64,000 nt of DNA from an uncultured archaeon (GTDB lineage: Archaea; Asgardarchaeota; Lokiarchaeia; Sigyniarchaeales; SOKP01). Made by a program: the position numbers and the translations under genes. Every line of letters starts with the position of its first letter. Position 1 is the first letter of the stretch. Below are positions 10,323 to 21,518 of the stretch, piece after piece. The notes beneath the pieces were generated by a model. The model was not told where the DNA came from. It worked only from the letters and a program-made list of their open reading frames with translations, and made no database searches. Location of the stretch: positions 43,507 through 107,506 of the forward strand of contig CAZDTP010000007.1 in assembly GCA_964508365.1 (NCBI GenBank), in the 5' to 3' direction.

Positions 10323-11423
10323 TTAAATCTTTATTTTGGTCCAATAAGGATTTAACAAGTTTTTAAGAAAGGTTTTAATTTTATCTATCTCCTTCCTCTT
10401 AGAATCGTCTAAAAATGATAGATTTTTCTCATAGTCAGGAGGTTCGTACTTTTCCTTTAATAAAGCTTTAATTATAGCTTCAACACAAAATGGTAATCCA
10501 ATTATGTCATAACCTCCTTCTAATATGAAAGAAATTTTACCTTCACATATATTTTCAGCAATTTTTAAAATTTTATCCGCAAATTTGTTGTAAGCAATAC
10601 TGGTTAACGAGCAATTACCAATAGGATCGGCGTAATACATATCAAATCCCGTAGCAACAACGATAAGAGCGGGCTGGAATTCATTGAGTATTGGGTCTAA
10701 TAAGTCAAGACAATAATAAAAATCTTCATTAGTTATTCCTTCTGGCACGGGAAAATTAATATTTTTACCAATTCCTTCATCCATTCCAAGTTCGTCAACC
10801 ATTCCTAAATCTCCTTCAGTAAAGTCAAACTCGTGTATAGAAAAGTAAAGAACGGAGGGATCGTCGTAGAAATATTGAGCTAAACCATCTCCGAAATGGT
10901 CATCTATGTCAATTATTGCAATTTTCTCGCTAAAACTTAACTTTTTGCGCAAATATAGAATTGAATTAGCAATATTGTTAAAAATGCAGAGTCCTGATGA
11001 TTTTTCTCTATGGGCATGATGTCCTGGAGGTCTGATTAAAGCAAACGACTGAGTAAAACTGTTCTTTACTACTCCTTCAATCGCTTCTATCGCACCACCA
11101 ACTGCTTTTTTAGCTAAATCGAATGTATCCTCAGTAACAAACACCTCTTCATCGAGTAACCCGCCACCTACGTCAGATATTTTTTTTATTGTTTCTATAT
11201 GATATTTCGAATGAGCTAGTTCTAAAATCGCATCATCAATTTTTTTTGGTTTAACTTTTACTACGCGATTATCTTTAAAAATTCCATTTCTTTCAAGATG
11301 ATTCAAAATACAGTTAATTCTAACGGGATGTTCAAACGATATAAAAGATGGTTTAGGGTATGGAGGAATGTGTTTGGACCCAAAATCATCGTCAAGAATA
11401 ATACCTATTTTTTTCTCTGGCAT
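10323..11423 (-). CDS. Histone deacetylase-family (Zn-dependent) amidohydrolase
   Basis: RPPGHHA, GLCIFNN, IDIDDHFGDG, GFD..YADP and LEGGY motifs. Confidence 0.93.
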   Translation of the reverse strand: MPEKKIGIILDDDFGSKHIPPYPKPSFISFEHPVRINCILNHLERNGIFKDNRVVKVKPKKIDDAILELAHSKYHIETIKKISDVGGGLLDEEVFVTEDTFDLAKKAVGGAIEAIEGVVKNSFTQSFALIRPPGHHAHREKSSGLCIFNNIANSILYLRKKLSFSEKIAIIDIDDHFGDGLAQYFYDDPSVLYFSIHEFDFTEGDLGMVDELGMDEGIGKNINFPVPEGITNEDFYYCLDLLDPILNEFQPALIVVATGFDMYYADPIGNCSLTSIAYNKFADKILKIAENICEGKISFILEGGYDIIGLPFCVEAIIKALLKEKYEPPDYEKNLSFLDDSKRKEIDKIKTFLKNLLNPYWTKIKI

Positions 11424-11517
11424 ATTATAAAAATTGGAAATGTTAGAATGACTAAACTCTTATATTAATATTTGCATACTAATATTAAAAAATAATTCCA
11501 AATTTAAAAAAAAAGGT

Positions 11518-13755
11518 TTGAGAATAGAAATGAACTTTGTTGAAATAGTTGCAATGTTCTTACTTAATGCTATTCCTATAATTATACTCGTTATCCCGTA
11601 TTTTTTCATACGAAAAAAGCTTGCTGGGAAAATATATTTTAGAATAATACTAGGGATCATGATTTTTTACCTAGTTTACTGGGTCCTTCCAATAATATTT
11701 CAAGTAGGAACCCCTCCATTAGAATTAGAATTGCAAGCTGGCGATGTAGGTAATATAGGTCTAGGAATAGGATACATAATCGCTCATGTTGGTTCTTTAA
11801 TCGCATTATTTGCTTACTACCCTCTTGTAACACTTCCATTCATATTCTTTGTAGCGCCCTTTATTTCAATTATCTATGTAAGGAACCGTATAAAGAAAGA
11901 AGTTGGAACGAAAAGCGAAAAATTGAAAAGCTTAACATATCAGATTATCGATAGTCCTTACAAGAGAATTAGAACAGATCTGTTTAAAGGTGACTGGTCA
12001 AGAGAAAAAGACATCTTAAAGCTCCTTATCGTCCTTTTACCTATTTCTTTATATTTATTACAAGTTCTCCTTAAAATTACTGGAGTTCAATCAGCATCTA
12101 TAGCTGATGACGCTAACGCTTTGGGTTGGTTTATTGAAATCTTATTTGTGTACCTCGCGACTTTCATTTTTAGTTTAGAAATATTGTTAAGTTCCCAGAT
12201 CGCATTAAGAGGACGATACTTCGGAGAAAATATCAGAGAGCAAACTTATAGGAGTTTATACACAGTTGGTGCACCAATATCTATTTTATCCATCATTCTA
12301 TTCCTCGTAGAAGATTTTGGTTCAATTGGATTGATAATATATTTCTTTGCATATTTTTTTATGGCGTCGTTTATTTTTATTCTGTTCCTTAAAATTTTTG
12401 AACCAATATCGATAATAATATTCATAAAAATAATCAATTGGTGGAAAAATAAAAAGGAAAGCAAGAAAAAAATAAATATCACTAATGTCTATTACGGGAT
12501 CGTTTTCAGTTGTTTAGCTTTTTTCATTTTTTTCATATTAAATAATTTTGTATTTGGCTCAGCTTTTCTCTTAATATTTGACGACCCAGAAAACATAATT
12601 AATTCGGCTAATTTTACTACAAGCGGTTCAGTCTATTTACACGAAAGTTTGGGATTTGATTTAATGAACATTTTCAATTTCGTAGCATTAATTGTGGTTT
12701 CGTTAATCATCGCTGTAATCTTTCTTAATCTTACTCTTAGGTTTACGAAAAGCATGTTTTTAGGGATCATCTCCTTTCTACCTATTTTAATCCTGCTTTC
12801 GATATTCTTCGTGATACTGGGTGGAAATGGGATGATAAATTTCGCACCAGATACATATTGGATAACTGGACAATCAAGTTATACTTCGATTTTTGGGTTT
12901 AATTTCTATACTTTAAGAACTGCGGGATTCACAGCAGATTTAACGGGAATCTTGTATTATCTTGCCATTCCTTACCAAATAACACAGTACATATTCAATA
13001 TTATCTTCTGGAGCTTACTGATATACTATATAAGAAAGAACTTTAGAGTAACTAATGTAGGTATCGACGAAAGACACTTAGAAAAGGTGATATTCTCGTC
13101 AATAACTGAATTTCCAAGCTACGAAGATTATTCGAAAGGTAAAATTCGTTATTTGATAACCAGAAGTGAAGATGTTGCTCTGAAGAATTTAGCTCTCGAA
13201 CGAGACGAAGTAAAATCCTTATTAACATCTGTTGAAACTGAAAAAATATTAGAAGATCTTAAACCCACGGACAAAAAGGAGATGGAGCGATTTTACTTTA
13301 CGCTCAAATACTTGTACAACAATAATTACATTGATGTTTTAAAACAAGAGTTCAGTTACATTTTTGAAAAAGCTGAAAAGCAAGGGCTTTACATTATATA
13401 CGATGATGGTAGAGGAATTTTTGATTATAATTTCGCGGAGGATTACAATCACGATCCTGGTATTGTTTCGGGTATGTTTTCAGCAATAACTTCCTTTATT
13501 AAAGAAACTACTAAGTCTCAAGAACTGTTAAAAACAATTGACCACGGCGATATTACCATCTTAATCGAATATGGAAAGCGCATTTTTGGAGCTTTATTTA
13601 TTAAGGGAAAACAAACTACAGAAGTTCGCTCTTCCTTAAAAGAGTTAGTGAACACATTTGAAGCCAAGTATGCAGATGTCTTAGCAGATTGGAGCGGAGC
13701 GTTAATATATTTCAAAGAGGACAATAAATTAGTAGAAAATATTTTCAAAGATTAA
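11518..13755 (+). CDS. Polytopic membrane protein with C-terminal longin-like domain
   Basis: About 12-13 TM in the first ~500 aa; the C-terminus GLYIIYDDGRGIF...IVSGMFSAITSFIKE...KTIDHGDITILIEYG...FEAKYADVLADWSG follows the Asgard longin pattern. Confidence 0.75.
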   Translation: MRIEMNFVEIVAMFLLNAIPIIILVIPYFFIRKKLAGKIYFRIILGIMIFYLVYWVLPIIFQVGTPPLELELQAGDVGNIGLGIGYIIAHVGSLIALFAYYPLVTLPFIFFVAPFISIIYVRNRIKKEVGTKSEKLKSLTYQIIDSPYKRIRTDLFKGDWSREKDILKLLIVLLPISLYLLQVLLKITGVQSASIADDANALGWFIEILFVYLATFIFSLEILLSSQIALRGRYFGENIREQTYRSLYTVGAPISILSIILFLVEDFGSIGLIIYFFAYFFMASFIFILFLKIFEPISIIIFIKIINWWKNKKESKKKINITNVYYGIVFSCLAFFIFFILNNFVFGSAFLLIFDDPENIINSANFTTSGSVYLHESLGFDLMNIFNFVALIVVSLIIAVIFLNLTLRFTKSMFLGIISFLPILILLSIFFVILGGNGMINFAPDTYWITGQSSYTSIFGFNFYTLRTAGFTADLTGILYYLAIPYQITQYIFNIIFWSLLIYYIRKNFRVTNVGIDERHLEKVIFSSITEFPSYEDYSKGKIRYLITRSEDVALKNLALERDEVKSLLTSVETEKILEDLKPTDKKEMERFYFTLKYLYNNNYIDVLKQEFSYIFEKAEKQGLYIIYDDGRGIFDYNFAEDYNHDPGIVSGMFSAITSFIKETTKSQELLKTIDHGDITILIEYGKRIFGALFIKGKQTTEVRSSLKELVNTFEAKYADVLADWSGALIYFKEDNKLVENIFKD

Positions 13756-13877
13756 TTCCATTTTCTTTATTTTTTTCTTTTTGCTGATTTAATTGATAAC
13801 GCCTATTGTATTAATTCACTAGAAAATAAATAGAAGATCTAAAAAACGCTTAAGAAATTCCTAATTCTTTATATTCG

Positions 13878-14678
13878 TTAATCAGGAACACTTGCAACAG
13901 CTCTAACCCAACCAGCGCTTGCCCTAGCTATTTTAATGGGAAAACAATAAATTGTAGCTCCAACAGGTGGAATTTTATCTAAATTTATCATTTTTTCCAT
14001 CTGAAAATAACCTAATTCTATCCCTGCGAAGTGACCTTCCCATATTATTGAAGTATCAGGTTTTTTCTCTTTTACTGATTGTTTCCATTTTTTTGCTGTG
14101 AGTGTAAATGGAGCGTCCCAAGACCACGCATCGATTCCAACTACGTGAACGCCTTGTCTAACTATATGTAATGTAGCTTCCTTACCAACTCCAACACCAT
14201 GATTAATATATTCTTTAGTTCCATAATGTTTTGGTGCATTCGTGTGAATGCATAGGATGTCACCCTCTTTTAACCGATGGTCTATACCCTTTAATTTATT
14301 TTCAATATCTTGAGGAGTCATTATGTATCCTTCCTCGTAATCTGTGCAATCCAGAACAATTAACGGACCAATGCCCCATTCTAATGGAAACTCGTCGATC
14401 GTCATAGCTTTTTTCTCTCCAATTTCTCTATCTTGAACAGGAGCAAAATGCCACGGAGCGTCCATGTGGGTTCCAGAATGCGTACCCAATGTAACACTTT
14501 CTGTAGTCCACCCCTTTCCAACTGGTAGATGTTCTGGTTTCAACCGAGAAAAGATAAAACCCATCTCTTCAGCGCCTCTATCGTGATCACCATACTCAAT
14601 ATGCGGTTGCGTAAGAGGAGGGTCAAATATAAGCTCGTCGGGATTTATAATAGGGATTGAAAGATCAATAAATTTCAT
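13878..14678 (-). CDS. Cyclase / kynurenine formamidase family metal-dependent hydrolase
   Basis: FIDLS, HSGTHMDAPWHF, VGIDAWSWD, EKMINL and PIKI..ASAGWVRAVA motifs. Confidence 0.92.
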   Translation of the reverse strand: MKFIDLSIPIINPDELIFDPPLTQPHIEYGDHDRGAEEMGFIFSRLKPEHLPVGKGWTTESVTLGTHSGTHMDAPWHFAPVQDREIGEKKAMTIDEFPLEWGIGPLIVLDCTDYEEGYIMTPQDIENKLKGIDHRLKEGDILCIHTNAPKHYGTKEYINHGVGVGKEATLHIVRQGVHVVGIDAWSWDAPFTLTAKKWKQSVKEKKPDTSIIWEGHFAGIELGYFQMEKMINLDKIPPVGATIYCFPIKIARASAGWVRAVASVPD

Positions 14679-14768
14679 TTTTCACACTTCAATGATTTAG
14701 TTTGTTCTATTATTATAAGAAATCAATGAAGATATTTATTAATCTACGAAAAAAGTTGATTTGTTTAT

Positions 14769-15239
14769 TTAACCCAAGAGTTTATTCGTAAACTGAATCC
14801 TTTTTCGATTGAGAAAAATATATGTAAGAGCAATGCTAAAAATCAAAATAATACCGATGTACAAAATAGATTGTTTAATTATAAAGACAGGAACGAGATC
14901 TAAAGTAATAAAATAAGTAAAATAGGGGCGCCAGAGAAAGGGTAATATTGGAAGGCGGGTGCTACAACAATAATAGACTTCCGTTCCGTTATTTTCAGGG
15001 ATTAGAACATGTGGAAATGAATCAAGATTATTAATTCTTAAATGCTTATAACAATAATCAGGGTTATTGCGATAATTGGAATCAATATACCAATTATCAC
15101 CCAATTGATAAAGTATCCCTGTACCTGATCTTGCTCTTACCACTTCTAAAAAAATTATAGAAATAACAGAAAATGTTAGGATAAATTCAATTAGCCGTTT
15201 TTTCACTACTTTTTTTAAATACCTTTTAGGAAGCCTCAT
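14769..15239 (-). CDS. Hypothetical membrane protein
   Basis: 156 aa; two TM segments flanking a Cys-containing loop. Confidence 0.5.
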   Translation of the reverse strand: MRLPKRYLKKVVKKRLIEFILTFSVISIIFLEVVRARSGTGILYQLGDNWYIDSNYRNNPDYCYKHLRINNLDSFPHVLIPENNGTEVYYCCSTRLPILPFLWRPYFTYFITLDLVPVFIIKQSILYIGIILIFSIALTYIFLNRKRIQFTNKLLG

Positions 15240-15471
15240 ACAGACGACTATTTATAAGTTGAGATCTCTAACAGCTAAAAAGACATGTATATTAATAAAA
15301 CTATCTTAACTTAATCAAGCAACTGTGAGCCATTACTCCCGATTTTTTTTACTCGACATTCAAATTTAAAAAAAAAGGTGCAGAAAAATAATTATTTATA
15401 ACGCACTAAATAATTTTCGATATTTTAATTAAAAATATATAAATAGTCAACTAAACGTTATATTATTTAGT

Positions 15472-15891
15472 GTGTCAATTTCAGCAAAAACTATAAAGGT
15501 ACTCCTTCTCAGTGGCGTAGTTCTTTTTTTTATTGGAACCTTTTCAATTATTTTTTATTTCATAATGGGTTTTGTAATTGAGATAATTATATCTCCTTTA
15601 TATCCTATTATTGGATTGATATTATTCGTTATTGGGGGATTTTTTATTGTAATAACACCAAGGAAGTATTACCATACTATAAAAAGGGGGAATAAGAGCC
15701 CTTTAGAAATAGAATTACTTATTATAGGTTTATGTGGATTAATATTTTGTACTTCTATATCTATAGCTGCTGATATTTATATTTATAGAAATGATGGTGT
15801 ATTTCCCTTTCGAACATTATTATTTTTTACTGCTAGTTTTGTAGGATTTATTACAATAAAAATTAGACGGAAAAAAAAGGCTAAAATTTGA
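15472..15891 (+). CDS. Hypothetical membrane protein
   Basis: 139 aa, about 4 TM, basic C-terminus; very AT-rich. Confidence 0.5.
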   Translation: MSISAKTIKVLLLSGVVLFFIGTFSIIFYFIMGFVIEIIISPLYPIIGLILFVIGGFFIVITPRKYYHTIKRGNKSPLEIELLIIGLCGLIFCTSISIAADIYIYRNDGVFPFRTLLFFTASFVGFITIKIRRKKKAKI

Positions 15892-15932
15892 TTTTATTAC
15901 ATGCGAAATTATTAAATACGTTATAAATAGTA

Positions 15933-17672
15933 TTATTCATTCATCTCATATGCGTCCTTTAATGAGTGAACGGTATTCCACACTTTACCAAACCGCTCAG
16001 GATCCACATTAGGTTTTTTAATCATCTTCAAACACCATTCCATCTGCTCAGGAGTAGTACCCGATTTATGATATAGATTCAATGCGTATTTGGAAAAATC
16101 TCTCACTAGAAAATCAAATATTTGATCTAAGGTATCTTCATCAATATCATATATCGTAGCGTTTTCAATGATTAAATGGGCATATACAATAAGAGAAAAG
16201 ATTTCGCCAATCCCTGAAAGCATGAAGTCCATATCTTTTTGTTGCTCGACACTAGGAGTAGCTTTAACTCCCATGATGTTAAACATCTTAATTTGGTCCA
16301 AAAATATGTTGACATTGGGTAAATTATATTGCTCAAACGCTGGTTTCCAATCATGAAAACGAACCTTTCCCAATCCACGAGTTGGTCCTTGATTAAAAAG
16401 GAATATATCGTCTTTAGCTTGATCTTGTCGAGGAACTTCTTCATATTTCTTATGATTCATAAAGAAATTTATCATAAATTTCAAGATCAAGGCGATATTT
16501 ACATGAACGGTGCCTTCGAGTTTCGGTAAAGCACGAATATCCTTTGCTGCCATTTCAAAATACATATCTTTTTCGAAACCTTTTGCCGCGATCACATCCC
16601 ATAGAAGATTGATAACTTCCTCTCCTTGAGTAGTCGTTTTCATTTTCATAACGGGAGCATAAAGAAGATATCGACGGTCCTTATCAGATGCTATTCTCAT
16701 ATAGTCAGCCGTTCTTAGGCCAAATAATTTCATAGCGATTAATCGAGTGTAAGCATCAACAAAGTTTTGTTTAACGTGCTGAAAATCAGTCACATACATA
16801 TTATAGAGCCTTCGATAAGATGCGTGATGAATTGCTTCATAAAATGCATGGGTGCAAATTCCTATTGAAGCCCATCCTAGGTTATATTTCCCCACATTTA
16901 CCGTATTTAGGGACGAATTCCATGCCTCCTCTCCTTTAGAAAGGATATCTTCTTCGGTTATGGGATAATCGTGAAGTGCAAAATTTGAAACGTAATTTTG
17001 GCTGTTGCATACATTTTTTATTAATTCATAGTTTTTGTGTTTATAATTGGCTACAAAGAAAACATATTGTGCCTTATTTTTCATGTCATAGGGAGGGATA
17101 TTACCGTCTTTATCAGCAAGTTTACCGAAGTTTGAGACCATTTCTGCTTCGTTACCATTGCCAATATAATACTTTTCTCCATTAGCTCTATATGAACCGT
17201 CTTCTTGAGGTGTTAATGCCATTTCAGTGCCGTAAATATCTGCTCCATGTGCTTGCTCAGATAGTCCGAAAGCAAATATAGCTCCCTCCTTAAGTAATTT
17301 CGCTGCTTTCTCCTTTGCTTTTTCATTTTTACTCATCCAGATTGGTCCGAGTCCTAGAATTGTAACCTGCCAAGTATACCAATAACTTAGACCATAAAAT
17401 GCCAGAATTTCATTAAACTCACATACTCTCCATGTATCCCATCGAAAATTCTCATTTTCTCCGTATTGAGAAGGGGTTAATAGATGGGCAAAAATTTTAT
17501 TTCTTTTTTGAAATTCAAGGAAATCAGAATACCATACTCGCTCGTGATCGTCCTCTTTAATTTTCGCTTTCCCTTTGTTTTCAAAAAACTCTATGGTTTT
17601 AAGCATAATGTCTTTTGACTTCTCGTCCGGATAATACCTTTTATGTTGCTTTGGATTTAATAAAATTGTCAT
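15933..17672 (-). CDS. Acyl-CoA dehydrogenase family protein
   Basis: FGLSEQAHGAD, GEKYYIGNG, RRLYNM...FQHV and ALPKLEGT motifs. Confidence 0.9.
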   Translation of the reverse strand: MTILLNPKQHKRYYPDEKSKDIMLKTIEFFENKGKAKIKEDDHERVWYSDFLEFQKRNKIFAHLLTPSQYGENENFRWDTWRVCEFNEILAFYGLSYWYTWQVTILGLGPIWMSKNEKAKEKAAKLLKEGAIFAFGLSEQAHGADIYGTEMALTPQEDGSYRANGEKYYIGNGNEAEMVSNFGKLADKDGNIPPYDMKNKAQYVFFVANYKHKNYELIKNVCNSQNYVSNFALHDYPITEEDILSKGEEAWNSSLNTVNVGKYNLGWASIGICTHAFYEAIHHASYRRLYNMYVTDFQHVKQNFVDAYTRLIAMKLFGLRTADYMRIASDKDRRYLLYAPVMKMKTTTQGEEVINLLWDVIAAKGFEKDMYFEMAAKDIRALPKLEGTVHVNIALILKFMINFFMNHKKYEEVPRQDQAKDDIFLFNQGPTRGLGKVRFHDWKPAFEQYNLPNVNIFLDQIKMFNIMGVKATPSVEQQKDMDFMLSGIGEIFSLIVYAHLIIENATIYDIDEDTLDQIFDFLVRDFSKYALNLYHKSGTTPEQMEWCLKMIKKPNVDPERFGKVWNTVHSLKDAYEMNE

Positions 17673-17891
17673 AATAATCTTTTCACCTTATGTTATAGTT
17701 AACGATTTAATTATAATTTAGAATCACTATTTCAAAATTACCTTTTTTATTTACTTATTTAATTAAATAGTTAGAATTAAAAAGAAGTTATAATATAAAA
17801 GGAAAAAATGTCATAAATACTAATAAAAACTTAATTAAAATCCAAGTAAAAAGGCTTAATTAAAACAAAAAAAAAGATTTTACTTGATTTT

Positions 17892-18779
17892 CTAGCTATT
17901 TACTTTATCAGCGTTTTTTGCAATTGCATCTACAATTTGAGGCCAAATTTCAGGCGGTAAGCTATGTCCCATGCCCTCAATGATTAGTAATTCCGCTCCA
18001 GGTATAGTTGCAGCTGTTTCTTTACCACCTTCAACTGGAACTAAAGGATCGTCACCTCCATGAATTACAAGTGTAGGAACTTTTATTGAGCCAAGTTTTG
18101 GAACACGGTTTTCAGCAGCTAATATTGCAAACAATTGTCGCGTTATTCCTTGGGGATAAAAAGAACGGTCATATAAAATAGCTGCAAATTCACGTTCTTT
18201 ATCTTCGTTATAGGGAAAGCCAGATCCATAAAGATAACGCCGACGATTCACTGATTCCTCAATATAAGCTTCACGATCTGTAGGCGCAGGTTTTAATAGT
18301 AATTGCATAGCTTCTGGCTTAGCTTGAGGGAGATTAGGATTTCCGGTTGTGCTCATTATTGAAGTTAGACTCAGAACGCGGGTTGGATGGCGTAATGCGA
18401 TTATCTGAACAATCATTCCTCCCATCGAAGCGCCACAAATATGAGCTTTTTCTATGTTAAGGGCATCTAGAAGACCAACTGCATCATCAGCCATATCTTC
18501 TACAGTATAGGGTGGCGATATCGTCTTTCCTTGCTGGCGTGCCATAAATTCCTTCATAATATTTGGTACCCCAGCTTCTTCAAATTTAGTAGATAAACCG
18601 ATATCGCGATTATCGAATCGGATAACATAAAATCCATTATCTACAAACATCATACAAAGCTCCTCAAGCCAGGTAATCATCTGAGCTCCTAACCCCATCA
18701 CCAAAAGTAAAGGTTTTGACGAGGGATCTCCAAAGGTGTCATACTCTATCTCAATATTGTTAGCTTTCGCTTTAGGCAT
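17892..18779 (-). CDS. Alpha/beta hydrolase
   Basis: GASMGG nucleophile elbow, RFDNRDIGLS, HGGDDPLVP, GMGH. Confidence 0.92.
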   Translation of the reverse strand: MPKAKANNIEIEYDTFGDPSSKPLLLVMGLGAQMITWLEELCMMFVDNGFYVIRFDNRDIGLSTKFEEAGVPNIMKEFMARQQGKTISPPYTVEDMADDAVGLLDALNIEKAHICGASMGGMIVQIIALRHPTRVLSLTSIMSTTGNPNLPQAKPEAMQLLLKPAPTDREAYIEESVNRRRYLYGSGFPYNEDKEREFAAILYDRSFYPQGITRQLFAILAAENRVPKLGSIKVPTLVIHGGDDPLVPVEGGKETAATIPGAELLIIEGMGHSLPPEIWPQIVDAIAKNADKVNS

Positions 18780-19015
18780 TAATATTACCTTAATTGTTTT
18801 TATTTTTGTTTCTATTGAATTATTCTTAATAGATCATTATTGCTTTTTTCTTATTTAAAAATATTTTTCTAATTTACATATCTCAAATTTATAAAAAAAC
18901 AACTTAATTGGGTAATCAACGGAATTGATATAATCGGCTGTGGACTCTCTCAAAATATTAAGAAAAAATTAAAAGAAAAAGAGAAAGAAAAAATAAATAA
19001 AAAAAATATACTAAG

Positions 19016-20710
19016 TTAATAATCCATTCCGCCCATGCCCGGCATGCCACCCATGCCGCCCATGCCACCCATCCCCGGCATGCCTCCCATACCGCCCGGA
19101 GGCATTCCACCAGGAGGGCCAGCTGATTTCGCACCTGCGATAACATCGTCGATGCGTAAAATCAATGAGGCTGCTTCGGTAGAGCTTTTAATCGCTTGAA
19201 TTTTCACCACAGTTGGTTCAACTACGCCAACTGACATCATGTTGAGGATAACGTCTCCAGTTTCTAAGTCGGTTCCGGCAAACTTGTTTCCTGTTTGATG
19301 TGCGGCTCTTAATTTCATTAACACGTCAATCTGGTCTAATCCGGCGTTTTCTGCGAGTGTTTTAGGGATGATATCAAGGGCATCGGCAAAAACTTCGACT
19401 GCGAGTTGTTCGCGACCTCCTAGAGTTTGTGCGTATTTTCTTAATTGGATAGCAGTTTCGATTTCTGGAGCTCCTCCGCCGCCGACAATTTTCTCGTCTT
19501 CGACGACATTTCTGACTACGCATAAAGCGTCGTGAATAGCTCTATCGACTTCATCTATGACAAGTTCAGTTCCGCCTCGAATTAAAATTACGACTGATTT
19601 AGGATCTTTGCATTCTTCGATGAAAATCCAGCTATCGTTCATAATTTTGCGTTCTTCGACTAATCCAGCGAATCCTAGCTTATCTTGAACAATATCGTCG
19701 AGATTGGTGAAGATCATTCCCCCAGTAGCTTTAGAAAGCTTTTCTATATCAGATTTTTTGACTCGTCGAATAGCCATTACTCCGGCTTTTGTTAAGAAGT
19801 GTTGAGCCATATCGTCGATTCCCTTCTGGCAAACTACTACATTTGCTCCAGATTTCACGATCTTGTCGGCCATGTTTCTAAGCATGCGTTCTTCTTCGTC
19901 TAAGAATTGTTGAATTTGATCTGGGCTCGTAATTTGGAGTTTAGCATCAAATTCAGTTTTTTCAATTTCTATAGCGCTCTGTAATAAGAGTACCTTAGCA
20001 TCTTTAACGATCTTAGGCATTCCGGGGCTGACAACTTCTTTATCCAAGATAATTCCTTTAATGAGGGTAGTTTCGTCAATTGATTCTCCCTCCTTTTTTT
20101 GGATTTGAACTTTTTCGATATCAGCGACCCATTTACCGTTTTCGCCTTTTTCGGCTATTGCCTTTATTGCATCGATACAAATTTCGGCTAGCATATCTCT
20201 TGATTCAGAAACGAGTTTTGAGGACATACAAGTCATTGCAGCATTTTTTAATCCTGCTCTATCGTCAATTCCGCTTTTTATTGACATTTTTTCTAGGATT
20301 TCAACCGCTTTCTCAGCCGCTTTTCTGAATCCCTCAGTAATAACTGTTGGGTGAATTTTTTGTTGTAGTAGCTTTTCTGCGCGCTTTAATAGTTCACCAG
20401 CAAGGATTACAGAAGTAGTTGTGCCATCACCCACTTCGGAATCTTGAGTTTTAGCAACTTCGACCATCATTTTAGCTGCAGGATGTTGAACATCAATTTC
20501 TTTTAGAATTGTTGCCCCATCGTTAGTGATAACAACGTCGCCGAATTGATCAACGAGCATTTTATCCATTCCACGAGGTCCTAGTGATGTTCGCACCGCT
20601 TCAGCGATAACTTTCGCAGCAGCAATATTATTTTCCATAGCGTCTTTTCCACGAGTTCTTTCGGTCCCTTCCCTCATAATCAGGATAGGTTGACCGCCTA
20701 ATTGTGCCAT
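19016..20710 (-). CDS. ths: Thermosome subunit (group II chaperonin)
   Basis: [32 protein letters not shown] and LRIDDVI motifs; GGM tail. Confidence 0.97.
   Translation of the reverse strand: MAQLGGQPILIMREGTERTRGKDAMENNIAAAKVIAEAVRTSLGPRGMDKMLVDQFGDVVITNDGATILKEIDVQHPAAKMMVEVAKTQDSEVGDGTTTSVILAGELLKRAEKLLQQKIHPTVITEGFRKAAEKAVEILEKMSIKSGIDDRAGLKNAAMTCMSSKLVSESRDMLAEICIDAIKAIAEKGENGKWVADIEKVQIQKKEGESIDETTLIKGIILDKEVVSPGMPKIVKDAKVLLLQSAIEIEKTEFDAKLQITSPDQIQQFLDEEERMLRNMADKIVKSGANVVVCQKGIDDMAQHFLTKAGVMAIRRVKKSDIEKLSKATGGMIFTNLDDIVQDKLGFAGLVEERKIMNDSWIFIEECKDPKSVVILIRGGTELVIDEVDRAIHDALCVVRNVVEDEKIVGGGGAPEIETAIQLRKYAQTLGGREQLAVEVFADALDIIPKTLAENAGLDQIDVLMKLRAAHQTGNKFAGTDLETGDVILNMMSVGVVEPTVVKIQAIKSSTEAASLILRIDDVIAGAKSAGPPGGMPPGGMGGMPGMGGMGGMGGMPGMGGMDY
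19025..19115 (-). repeat. Coding GGM/PGM microrepeat at the thermosome C-terminus
   Basis: Degenerate 9-nt units (gcccatgcc/acccatgcc) encode [29 protein letters not shown]. Confidence 0.9.
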
Positions 20711-20884
20711 TTTAAATTCACACTATTTTGTTTTTTTAAATTAATTATTAATTATATAATGATCTCTAAGTCATAAAATTAAAAAAGTTTACGGAAATTA
20801 TAATTTTTAAATCGTGAAGGGGTAAGCTAATAAAATATTAGGGGTAGGAATTGGTTCTTGTAAGAAATAGATGCATTTTTTTCT

Positions 20885-21046
20885 TTATTTTTGAAGTTCT
20901 CTTTTCTTGAGTCTCAAATCTTTAGATCTGCATCTACGACATTTTTTAGCTTTGATGGGGTTCAAGGCTCCACACTTTCGGCATACTGTTTTCATTAACA
21001 AGTGGTGTCTAGCTATTTTTCTTTTGAAGGGGTCATCAATGGGCAT
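20885..21046 (-). CDS. rpl40e: 50S ribosomal protein L40e (eL40); missing from the ORF track
   Basis: Hand translation [53 protein letters not shown] (53 aa) with C4 zinc motif; AAGGAG upstream. Confidence 0.92.
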   Translation of the reverse strand: MPIDDPFKRKIARHHLLMKTVCRKCGALNPIKAKKCRRCRSKDLRLKKRELQK

Positions 21047-21290
21047 AATATAATCTCCTTTGCTACCAATCGTTATTGCGTGTTTTTTAGTTCTTAAAAT
21101 GCTTTTCTTTTTGAATTTATTTTAATAGTATTCCAAGTTGCAACTTAAGAATAATTTGAAAAACAATTGAAAGCTAAAAAATTTTTTGAAAGAGAATAGA
21201 AATATAGAAATAAAGTAAAAATTAAAATTTTATAAATAATTTTAGGATTTAACTTAGAGCAAGTAAAAATTCATATTTAATTGAAAGAAT

Positions 21291-21485
21291 ATGCCGAAAG
21301 AGATATTTGACGAGAAGAAATTCATAGAATTAGCAGAGTTTGCGATTCATTGTCGCGTTAAGAGAGTTAAAGATGTTGTAAAGTTAAAACTAAGGACAAA
21401 GAAGCGTCTTTACACATATAAAACTGATCCTACAACTGCTGATAGGTTAGTAAGAGGCTTAAATTGTGATATAATCGAGTTATAA
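21291..21485 (+). CDS. rpl38e: 50S ribosomal protein L38e (eL38)
   Basis: MPKEI...F...RVKR...VKLKLRTKKRLYTY...A matches the eL38 pattern; 64 aa. Confidence 0.8.
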   Translation: MPKEIFDEKKFIELAEFAIHCRVKRVKDVVKLKLRTKKRLYTYKTDPTTADRLVRGLNCDIIEL

Positions 21486-21518
21486 ATGGTGATTAATTGA
21501 TTTAATGGTACTAAATAA

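Noticed and set aside
19025-19115. GC-rich short tandem repeats resembling an array or VNTR
   Set aside because: They encode the ordinary GGM tail of the thermosome; the overlapping 18958-19146 ORF is a frame shadow.
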